DNA of 64,000 nucleotides from an uncultured delta proteobacterium (lineage in GTDB: Bacteria > Desulfobacterota > Binatia > UBA9968). The stretch spans positions 64,001-128,000 of the forward strand of contig CAWJBB010000062.1 in assembly GCA_963840855.1 (NCBI GenBank). The letters run 5' to 3'. The position numbers were made by a program, and so were the translations under genes. The notes under the pieces were generated by a model, which did not search any database, was not told the DNA's origin, and saw only the letters and a list, made by a program, of their open reading frames with translations. Position 1 is the stretch's first letter. Each line of letters opens with the position of its first letter. Of the stretch, positions 42,355 through 51,326 are shown piece by piece.

Positions 42355-43478
42355 AAATCCTCAGGGTCGAGTGCTTTCCGTTAGTTTTGCCCGTCCGAGA
42401 GGTGTACGGCGGAGCGGCCGGATTCCTCGAAGACTGCCGCCCCTTGCTCGTGCGCGTCGAAGCACAAGGCGGCGTCGAAGGTTGGGGCGAGGCCACACAA
42501 GGCAGACCGGGCAACACCTACGAGACTCTGGAGACAATGACGGTGATGGTGCGGAACTACTTTGCGCCTCGGCTGATCGGCATGGATCTCGAGGATATCG
42601 GACCGGTGGTGCAACAGCTCCAGCAAGTCCGCTACGGCAATCCGCTCAGCAAAGCAGCAGTCGAGACCGCGCTTTTCGACGCGCTGGCGCGACACTACCA
42701 TGTTCCGCTCTATGTTCTGCTCGGCGGTCCGTACCGAAAAAAGATTGCCCTAACCGGTGGCCTGGGGCTCGACTTGGGACCCAAGGAAATCGTCGAGCAA
42801 GCGCGCCGCCTCAGGGGAGAAGGTTTTACGGCGTTCAAGCTCAAGATCGGCCAGAAGGATCGGTCACAAGACGTAGCGCGGGTGCGTGCGGTGCGCGAGC
42901 AGGTGGGCGACGAGGCGACGATCCGAGTCGATGGCAATGGAAGTTACTCTTTCGTTGAGGCGCGCGAGGTTTTAAATGAGCTTGCGCGCTTTCACATCGC
43001 CGACGTCGAGCAGCCGCTGGCGCGCGGCGATCTGCAAAGCCTCGCGGAACTACGCAAAGTGGTTGGAATACCCATCGCCGCGCAAGAAAGCGTCAGCACG
43101 CCGGAGGATGTTTTGGCTGTGGTGCGGGAGAAGGCGGCCGATCTCTTGAAAATCAAGCTCACGCATATCGGCGGCTTCAAGCGGGCCTTGCAAGTCGCGG
43201 CCGTCGCCGACGCGGCCGGCATGCCGGTTGTCGTCGGACAGGGCAGCGCATGCACAACGATCCTCTCGGTCGCTGAACTACATCTTCACGCCGCGTTGAA
43301 GAACGGCCAGCCCGGCGGTGAGATGACCGGCTTTCTGCGCCTCGCCGACCAAGGCCCCTTCGGTCGAATCGGGTATAAGAACGCAAAAGTGTACCTAAAC
43401 AATGACGCTGGTTTAGGACTCGATATTGACCGAGACTCGATCGAATCGCTCGCACTTCGGTCGGCGCCTAAGAATTGA
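42351..43478 (+). CDS. Enolase superfamily protein (muconate cycloisomerase-like)
   Basis: GWGEA, KAAVETALFD, FKLKIG, RVDGN, EQP, KIKL..IGG. Confidence 0.88.
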   Translation: MKILRVECFPLVLPVREVYGGAAGFLEDCRPLLVRVEAQGGVEGWGEATQGRPGNTYETLETMTVMVRNYFAPRLIGMDLEDIGPVVQQLQQVRYGNPLSKAAVETALFDALARHYHVPLYVLLGGPYRKKIALTGGLGLDLGPKEIVEQARRLRGEGFTAFKLKIGQKDRSQDVARVRAVREQVGDEATIRVDGNGSYSFVEAREVLNELARFHIADVEQPLARGDLQSLAELRKVVGIPIAAQESVSTPEDVLAVVREKAADLLKIKLTHIGGFKRALQVAAVADAAGMPVVVGQGSACTTILSVAELHLHAALKNGQPGGEMTGFLRLADQGPFGRIGYKNAKVYLNNDAGLGLDIDRDSIESLALRSAPKN

Positions 43479-43483
43479 CCATT

Positions 43484-43500
43484 TGCCTACCAAACGGGCA
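43484..43500. promoter_or_regulatory. Candidate NtrC-type enhancer site
   Basis: TGCCTACCAAACGGGCA (TGC-N11-GCA), ~75-90 nt upstream of the sigma54 -24 box. Confidence 0.45.
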
Positions 43501-43541
43501 AGTGGCTCGACCCAATCTAACGCCGAACTAAGAGAACGGCG

Positions 43542-43570
43542 TTGACATTTCAAGAGAATTTCTATTATAG
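43542..43570 (+). promoter_or_regulatory. Candidate sigma70 promoter
   Basis: Perfect TTGACA followed by TATTAT/TTATAG at 15-17 nt spacing. Confidence 0.45.
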
Positions 43571-43574
43571 GTCG

Positions 43575-43591
43575 TTGGCATACCGGTTGCT
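43575..43591 (+). promoter_or_regulatory. sigma54 -24/-12 promoter of amtB-glnA-glnB
   Basis: TTGGCAT-ACCGG-TTGCT with exact GG-N10-GC spacing, upstream of nitrogen-assimilation genes. Confidence 0.75.
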
Positions 43592-43664
43592 CACCACGGT
43601 CATTGCTTGCACGCTTTTGGATTGATAACGCCTAGTCTTTGAACAACTACTGGGAGGATTAATC

Positions 43665-45062
43665 GTGAATCGGCAAAAACGAAATTGTGCAATGATGCTT
43701 CTACTGGCTTGCATGTTGTCGGTCTCAATGGCCATGCCGAGCCGTGCTCAAGACGCCCCGAAATCACCGACAGAAGCTCCACAGGCAACTGTGCCTGCGG
43801 TCACTACTCCCGCTCCGCGCGGCCGGCAGCGCCGCCTAAAATCGACAAAGGCGACACCGCTTGGATGCTGACCTCGTCGGCGTTGGTGCTCATGATGACG
43901 ATTCCGGGACTGTTTCTTTTCTATGGCGGTTTGGTGCGACGAAAGAACGTGCTCGGCACGATCATGCATAGCTTTATAATCGTCGCGGTAATTACCATTC
44001 AATGGGTCCTCTGGGGTTACACTCTTGCGTTCGGTCCCGATATCGGGGGCATTATCGGGAGCCTCGCATGGATGGGCTTGAACGGTGTCGGCCCTGAGCC
44101 AAACGCCGACTACGCCGCGACAATTCCTCATGCGGCCTTTATGATCTATCAGATGATGTTCGCGATCATCACGCCGGCCCTGATTACCGGCGCGTTCGCC
44201 GAACGGGTAAAGTTCAGTTCCTTTCTGGTTTTCATCCTGCTTTGGGCAACGTTCATCTATGATCCGCTCGCCCACTGGGTATGGGGTGTCAAGGGCTGGA
44301 TGCGGGAAATGGGCGCGCTCGATTTTGCCGGCGGGACGGTGGTCCACATAAGCTCGGGCGCTTCGGCTCTGGTGGCGGCGATCATGTTTGGCAAGCGCAT
44401 CGGTTACGGACAAGAAGCGATGCCGCCACATAATCTGCCTTTTAGCGTGATCGGCGCGGGTCTTTTGTGGGTCGGTTGGTTCGGTTTCAACGCCGGCAGC
44501 GCGCTGGCGGCGGACGGCCTGGCCACTTCTGCTTTCGTAGTGACCCATGTCGCCACGGCCGCAGCCGCTCTTTCCTGGCTCGCCATGGACTGGATTTTCA
44601 GAGGCAAACCGACGGTCTTGGGGGCCGCCAGCGGCGCCGTAGCCGGGCTGGTTGCGATTACACCGGCATCCGGATTCGTTGGGCCGATCTCGGCGATCTG
44701 GATTGGCATCGGCGGCGGCGTGCTTTGTTCGATCGCCTGTAGCCTAAAACCCGGGTTGGGATACGATGATTCCTTAGACGTCGTCGGCGTGCATGGCAGT
44801 GGGCGGAACTTGGGGAGCGCTCGCCACGGGCCTTTTTGCTTCCAAGGCGATCAACGCCGCCGGCAACGACGGCCTTTTCTTTGGCAACCCCGGGCAGCTG
44901 TGGACTCAAATTGTTGCCGTCGCTGCTACCTGGATTCTCGCGGTCGTCGGGACCTGTATTCTCCTCTCCATCGTGAAGGCGATAATGGGCCTGAGGCTCG
45001 TAGATGAAGAGGAGCGAATGGGTTTGGACTTGAGCCAACACAACGAGCGCGCTTATGAATGA
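43665..45062 (+). CDS. amtB: Ammonium transporter AmtB, frameshifts near 43815 and 44798
   Basis: Signal peptide, GDTAWML.SSALVL.M, FYGG, DFAGGTVVH, W.GWFGFN.GS, DDSLDV.GVHG, EE.MGLDLSQH.E.AY. Confidence 0.93.
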
Positions 45063-45152
45063 TTGAGAGGGAACCAGGGGTAGCTCTCAAGCGCAGAATG
45101 TGATACCAAAATTGTCGCCAACTTTAATCAATCACCGGAGGGGAGGAGTTCA

Positions 45153-46569
45153 ATGTCAGTTAAAGACGCCCTAGACATGGCGAAGAAGAACAAAGCGGAG
45201 ATCGTGGATTTAAAGTTCATCGATTTACCGGGCCTATGGCAGCATTTTTCGATACCGGCCACAGAATTGAGCGCGGAGTTGTTCGAAGACGGGCTGGGCT
45301 TCGACGGCTCGAGCATCCGGGGATTTCAGTCGATCAATGAATCCGACATGATCCTGTTGCCCGACGCCGACACCGCCATGATGGACCCGTTTACCGAGCA
45401 CTCAACCATCAGTTTTATATGTAACGTGCTCGATGCCATCACCCGCGAGCCGTATACCAGAGACCCGAGATACGTCACGCAGAAAGCCGAGAAGTATTTA
45501 AAGTCCACGGGCCTGGCCGACACCAGTTACTGGGGTCCGGAGATCGAGTTCTTTATATTTGACAGCGTGCGTTTCGACCAGAACCATCATGAGGGCTACT
45601 ATCATATCGACTCCATCGAAGGTTTTTGGAACGCGGGGAAGAACGACGGGCCGAATTTGGGCAACAAGATCAGATACAAAGAGGGTTACTTTCCCGTGCC
45701 GCCGATGGACCAGTACCAGGATTTGCGCTCCGAGATGGTGCTGAACCTGGAGAAATGCGGCGTCAAGATAGAAGTTCACCACCACGAAGTGGCCACCGCC
45801 GGGCAGACCGAGATCGACATGAGATTCGACACCATGACCAGGATGGCCGACAAGGTGTTGCTGTATAAGTACGTCATCAAAAACACCGCCCAGAAACGCG
45901 GTAAAGTGGTCACCTGTATGCCCAAGCCGCTGTTTCAGGACAATGGATCGGGAATGCACTGTCACCAGAGTCTTTGGAAAGCCGGCAAGAATATATTCTA
46001 TGACAAGAAGGGCTATGGGCTGATCAGCGACACGGCGACGGTATTATATCGGCGGCTTGCTCAAGCATGCCCACGCGCTGTGCGCATTTATCGCGCCCAC
46101 GACAAACTCCTACCGGCGCTTAGTTCCCGGTTATGAAGCGCCAATCAACCTGGTGTACTCGGCGAGAAACCGCAGCGCCTGCGTGCGTATTCCCATGTAC
46201 TCCACCAGCGAGAAGGCCAAGCGGTTGGAATTCAGAACCCCCGATCCAAGCGCCAATCCGTACTATGCGTTTCCGGCGATGATGATGGCGGGGTTGGACG
46301 GTATCAGGAACAAGACCGAACCGCCGAAACCTATAGACAAGAACCTCTATGAGCTGGAGCCGGAAGAAGCGGCGAAGGTAAAGTCGATGCCGGGGTCCTT
46401 GGATCAATCCCTGGACGCCCTGGAGAAAGACCACGACTTTCTGCTGCGCGGGGACGTGTTCACTAAGGACGTGATCGAAACCTGGCTAGAGTACAAGCGC
46501 AAGGCCGAGGTCGATGCCATCCGGCTTCGTCCCCATCCCTGGGAGTTTGCGCTGTATTTCGATATCTAA
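45153..46569 (+). CDS. glnA: Glutamine synthetase type I, frameshift near 46038
   Basis: [25 protein letters not shown]...[32 protein letters not shown] adenylylation site. Confidence 0.96.
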
Positions 46570-46992
<423 letters not shown>

Positions 46993-47008
46993 TTTTTGCG
47001 CCCACGGA

Positions 47009-47089
47009 GTTCAAGGTTTCCGGATTCAAGGATCCAGGTTGAAAGAGGTTATTTCATCCGCGTTGAACCTTGAACTTTGAACATTGAAG
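47009..47089. repeat. Inverted GTTCAA/TTGAAC heptamer arrays between convergent genes
   Basis: gttcaag..gattcaag.. facing ttgaacc ttgaact ttgaaca ttgaag. Confidence 0.6.
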
Positions 47090-47106
47090 TATCCGTACCT
47101 CACCGG

Positions 47107-48708
47107 CTATTCCTTCTCCCCTTTATCTTCTCCTGGCTGTTTGCCGGGTTCAAAACCTCCCACTTCATGATAGACGACTTTCTTTTCTTCCTCGAAGGCG
47201 CGCACGGTGGGTATCTGTCCCGGTAAGCCGAGTTTTTTCCATTCGCCCGCTACTTTGTCGTAAATCTCCTTGCGCAAAGCGGTGCGTTTGGAGAACACCG
47301 GCAAGTAACGGTGTTCCTTGCAGGCGTTGATTAGCGCTTTCGAACCATAGGGCCGTTTCTCCGGCGGATTCTGTGTCGGGTCGAGCCAGGTGCTCCAGGT
47401 GTTGCGCAGAATATCGATATCGTCGATTGGATTGCAGCGGCTGCTCATGGCCCAGATTACCTGATCCATGTCAGTGGGATCGACATCCTCATCGACCGCA
47501 ATAATCCATTTTGTGAAGTAAGCGCCACCCGGGACCTGGGCTGCAAGCGCCAACGCCTGCGCCGCATGACCCGCGTAGCGTTGTTCGAGGGCGATGACCG
47601 TCATGCCGAACCCGCCGGCGCCGGCGGGATGAGCATAAACTCCCTGAATCCCCGGCACGCCGAGTTTGTCCAAGTCATCCCAGATGCGCGCCGAGCGGAT
47701 AATGGAGAAAAAACCGCTCTGCTCGTTTGACGGGTAATCCGCCATCAACGCATTGGTCAAAATCGGATTGCTGCGATAGTGGACCGCGGTCACTTCGACC
47801 AGCGGGCAACCGGCTTCAGGTCTGCCATAGTAGCCGGGAAATTCACCGAAGGGGCCTTCGCTCTTGATTGAGTTCGGCTTAATGATGCCTTCAATCATGA
47901 ATTCAGCATTGGCGGGGAGTAAAAGACCAGTCGTCTTGCCCTTGACCACTGGAATCGGTTCGCCCTTGATGCCGCCCAGGAACTCATATTCGGAAACATT
48001 TTTGGGAAATGTCTGTGATCCGACGACCATGAATAACGGATCGATGCCCCAGGCGGCGGCGACTTCCACAGGCTTTCCCTGTTGCCATGAGCGAGTGATG
48101 TGCAGCCGCGCGTCTTTTCCCGGAGAGAGATATAGACCGGTTTCATTCTTTCCCTGCAGCATCATGCGGTAGGTGCCGACGTTGAGATAGCCGGAGTCAG
48201 GATCGCGGGTAATGACGCAATCGGCGGTGCCGGCATAACGCCCGCCGTCCAAAGGCCAGTGCTTGGGAATCGGCAACTGCGTAAAATCGATCTGATCGCC
48301 GGTGAGCGTGTTCTCGTAGAAGCCGGCCTGAGACTGCGGCACCTCGCGGGGAAGCGTGCGAAATTTGAGCTTTTCCTTAACCCGGCGAATCAGTTCCACA
48401 ATTGGCGTGTCGGGCGGCTCTTCCATCGTTAGAGCGATGCGCGGGATGCTCGGCCCGAGGATGTTCCACAGGGAACGGGCTTTGTACGGGCTTTTTTCGT
48501 AGCCTTTGATATTGTCGAATAGTATCGCGGGGGAGGGCGTATGTTTTGCCACCAGGTAACCGATGGCGCTCATCTCCTCCTCGCAGCTAACCGCCTCGGA
48601 TACGCGCACCAGATCGCCCATATCTTCAACGCGATCAAGCCACTCGCGCAGATCCTGAATCGGCCCCCTGCTCGCGGTTGCGGTTACTTTTTCTTCTCGC
48701 TTGGCCAT
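47107..48708 (-). CDS. UbiD family decarboxylase
   Basis: DLREWL, LPIP...PLDGGRY, NVGTYR, EGPFGEFPGYY, K.IIAVDEDVDP. Confidence 0.92.
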   Translation of the reverse strand: MAKREEKVTATASRGPIQDLREWLDRVEDMGDLVRVSEAVSCEEEMSAIGYLVAKHTPSPAILFDNIKGYEKSPYKARSLWNILGPSIPRIALTMEEPPDTPIVELIRRVKEKLKFRTLPREVPQSQAGFYENTLTGDQIDFTQLPIPKHWPLDGGRYAGTADCVITRDPDSGYLNVGTYRMMLQGKNETGLYLSPGKDARLHITRSWQQGKPVEVAAAWGIDPLFMVVGSQTFPKNVSEYEFLGGIKGEPIPVVKGKTTGLLLPANAEFMIEGIIKPNSIKSEGPFGEFPGYYGRPEAGCPLVEVTAVHYRSNPILTNALMADYPSNEQSGFFSIIRSARIWDDLDKLGVPGIQGVYAHPAGAGGFGMTVIALEQRYAGHAAQALALAAQVPGGAYFTKWIIAVDEDVDPTDMDQVIWAMSSRCNPIDDIDILRNTWSTWLDPTQNPPEKRPYGSKALINACKEHRYLPVFSKRTALRKEIYDKVAGEWKKLGLPGQIPTVRAFEEEKKVVYHEVGGFEPGKQPGEDKGEKE

Positions 48709-48745
48709 CGTAAATCCTCCGAGCATTGCTCTCTAAGTTTGAATT

Positions 48746-49492
48746 TTACAGTCGACTGCCTTTGGGCAAGAGAGATCTGAAATATGCAAAGGCGTCATAG
48801 GAACGGTACATCATATTCTCTTTCATGAAATCAATATCATTTTGCGGCATCACCGCCGGTTTACCGACGCAGCTGGCGACGAACTGCATGTATGCAGTCC
48901 TTTCCAGGTAGATCGCGTGAACCGTAGCATATTCCAAGCTGTCGCCGACCACAACAATCCCATGGCCTTTAAGCAGCATCGCCATACGGTCGGCCAAAGT
49001 TTGGCAAATCTCCTTGCCGTCTTGAACCGTATATATCAACCGCGGACTGGGAAAAATCGGCGTCTCAGGGGCAAAGACCGCAGCCTGATTGTAAATCGGC
49101 AGGATCGGCGTGCCCGCCACGGAAAAAGCGGTGGCCAATGCTTGATGCGTGTGAACCACCGAGTTGACATCCCGGCGGGCGTTATAAATCGCCGCGTGGA
49201 TCATCGTTTCCCGCGGCGGATTCTTGAGCTTGGTGACGGCCCGCGTGCCGCCCGCCCTGGCGTAGTTCTGTTCGCAATCCTCCATGTATTCGTCGATATC
49301 CACCAGGATGATATGTTTCGGAGCGATTTCGCCGAGGGGCGCGAGCACCGGTTTGATGAAAAACTTCCGTGTCCCCGGTATGCGCGCGCTCACGTGACCG
49401 TGGTAATCGGCCAGGCCCTGGTAAAACATAATGCGGTTACCCAGGGCGACTTTCTTTTTCAGTTCCTCCAGATCCTTCTTACTGCTTGCCAC
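48746..49492 (-). CDS. Class II aldolase/adducin family protein
   Basis: HGHVSARIP, PPRETMIHAAIY.ARRDVNSVVHTH, LLKGHG. Confidence 0.9.
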   Translation of the reverse strand: MASSKKDLEELKKKVALGNRIMFYQGLADYHGHVSARIPGTRKFFIKPVLAPLGEIAPKHIILVDIDEYMEDCEQNYARAGGTRAVTKLKNPPRETMIHAAIYNARRDVNSVVHTHQALATAFSVAGTPILPIYNQAAVFAPETPIFPSPRLIYTVQDGKEICQTLADRMAMLLKGHGIVVVGDSLEYATVHAIYLERTAYMQFVASCVGKPAVMPQNDIDFMKENMMYRSYDAFAYFRSLLPKGSRL

Positions 49493-50471
49493 TTAAATTC
49501 CCCTTTCTTGCCAGAGGTCGGAGGTCAGAGGTCTGATCTCCGACTTCTGATCTCTGACTTTCGTTGTCTCCCGACCAGCGGATGTTCATCCAGTTCCACT
49601 GATCGGGATAGGCGCGCACGGTTTTTTCGAGCCACTGAGTCATGCGCAAAATGTTCTCGGCGATTTCCGCCTTGCCGTTGCTGGACCGAGCTAATTCCAG
49701 TTCCGGCTCGATTACGAGTCGCAAAGTATCATCGGGTTGCCGGACGAGGCAGGCGGGGACGACGGCGGCGCCGGTTCTTGACGCGAGCGTCGCTGGACCC
49801 CGACGCGCCAGGACGGTGCGACCGAAAAATGCTGTGGGTATGCCATTACCTCGGCGATATTCATCCGTGATCATGACCGCGATCTCGTTGCGTCTGAGCA
49901 CCGCGTTAATCTCCTGCAGCGCTTGACGCCGAGGCCGGGCGTGGATCGTGCTTAATCTTATCTGCAAGCGGTAATCATCCAAGAGTTTGCCAACCTGGCC
50001 CTCGCCGCGGTGATTGATCAATACGTGAATGGGATGGCCCTCGACCGCTAATCTGGTCCCCACCAGAAAAAAATTCCCCAGGTGCGCGCTCAATACGATG
50101 ACGCCTTTGCCTTTAGCCAGAGCCGTGTCCAGGTGCTCGCGCCCATCGACCGGAATCGCGGCGCGCCTCTCGTTATCGGAAGATTCCAGAGCGATAACCA
50201 TCTCAACGCAGGCGCGAAAAAAATTCCGTAAAGATCGCCGCGCTATCGCGCGCGCACTGGCAGCTTCCCCGCGACCGGCAAAAGCAACATTTAAATTCCT
50301 TATTGATCTCGTCCGGTAACCCCGAAATAGCAAGAAGGCCAGGCTTGCCAATGCGTCACAGAACCCGAATAGCCCTCGCCGCGGGAAAATTCTAACGGCG
50401 AGACATCCTAATTTGAAACCAAAAAGGGTAGCTGCGTAGGAGGTCTTTTCAACAAACCACCGCGTCATCAA
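49479..50471 (-). CDS. Lysophospholipid/lipid A acyltransferase (LpxL/HtrB-like)
   Basis: GKGVIVLSAHLGN, FFG, GPATLA.RTGAAVVP, PDQWNW..RW. C-tail encoded by a heptamer repeat. Confidence 0.85.
   Translation of the reverse strand: MMTRWFVEKTSYAATLFGFKLGCLAVRIFPRRGLFGFCDALASLAFLLFRGYRTRSIRNLNVAFAGRGEAASARAIARRSLRNFFRACVEMVIALESSDNERRAAIPVDGREHLDTALAKGKGVIVLSAHLGNFFLVGTRLAVEGHPIHVLINHRGEGQVGKLLDDYRLQIRLSTIHARPRRQALQEINAVLRRNEIAVMITDEYRRGNGIPTAFFGRTVLARRGPATLASRTGAAVVPACLVRQPDDTLRLVIEPELELARSSNGKAEIAENILRMTQWLEKTVRAYPDQWNWMNIRWSGDNESQRSEVGDQTSDLRPLARKGNLSGKQ
49512..49560. repeat. Inverted heptamer arrays (CAGAGGT x3 / CTGAYYT x4) inside the acyltransferase tail
   Basis: cagaggt cggaggt cagaggt ctgatct ccgactt ctgatct ctgactt, translated as SQRSEVGDQTSDLRPL. 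Confidence 0.7.
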
Positions 50472-50722
50472 AGTTCATCAAAATAAGCCGATTGGTCTCT
50501 CCCAGAAACACCAAAGGAGCCCAATCTACGACACTTTTTCGCCAGCCGCAAGGGACTGTGGCGCCCCACGAGGCCTTCTGAGAAAGTCGCCGTACGGTAA
50601 AAAACACTTGTAAAAACAGTGAGTTACAAATCTAAGGCAATTGTATCTTGGAGCCGCAGTGGTTTTGTTCCGGAACTACTTGTGGTACAAACTGATAGCG
50701 AGCCGTCGGTAGGAAAATTGCC

Positions 50723-51100
50723 ATGCGGATGATGTTGCCAACGATCAAAGAACGCCGGGTTGTGGACCGCCTGTTGTCGACCTTTTTCGCCGACTACAAG
50801 GCCCAGGATTTCAAAAGGGCGGTCTCCGCGCTCTGCCGCTTTTACCATTTGAAAAATCCCAAGGTCGAGTGGTTTGAATACATCGATTGGGGCAGGACCG
50901 CCGGTAAGACTTATGAAAACGGCCAGATCTATCTGGTTCACCCCGAAAACTGGAAAAAAGGGACGAAATACAATTCGGAGCGAAGCTGGGTCAACATGGT
51001 TTACCACGAAATGGGACATTATATTTTCTGGGCGGATGCGGAGACCAAGGCTGATATGTTCGCCTCCCGAATGGTGCGCGGCGTGAACGGGAACAAATAG
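50723..51100 (+). CDS. Small HExxH zinc metallopeptidase-like protein (ImmA/IrrE-like motifs)
   Basis: YHEMGH followed by AETKADMFA. Confidence 0.65.
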   Translation: MRMMLPTIKERRVVDRLLSTFFADYKAQDFKRAVSALCRFYHLKNPKVEWFEYIDWGRTAGKTYENGQIYLVHPENWKKGTKYNSERSWVNMVYHEMGHYIFWADAETKADMFASRMVRGVNGNK

Positions 51101-51160
51101 TCATTCAATTTCACCCAGGACCGGCCTAATAAATCTTTTTTCGCCTCTCTGACTGGGGCC

Positions 51161-51253
51161 GTGGAATACAAAGATCCGCTGAAACTGCCCAACGCGAATT
51201 TTCCCATGCGGCTGAAGCCTCGTTATCTCGACGGCGTTAACCGGTCTAGATAA
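51161..51253 (+). pseudogene. N-terminal remnant of type-1 isoleucyl-tRNA synthetase
   Basis: GTG-start 30-aa ORF MEYKDPLKLPNANFPMRLKPRYL..., compared with the IleRS1 start MDYKDTLNLP.T.FPMR. Confidence 0.7.
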
Positions 51254-51326
51254 TTGCATCACCTTGGAGTACTTATCTTAGGTCTGTAAAAAACTAGTGT
51301 GTCTTAGAGCATGAGCCTTGATGGTG

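Noticed and set aside
48842-49870. Long antisense or alternate-frame ORFs (also 2252-3049, 23438-24259, 40223-40999, 43748-44548, 55651-56352)
   Set aside because: These are shadow ORFs opposite well-supported genes, expected in GC-rich DNA, with no motifs.
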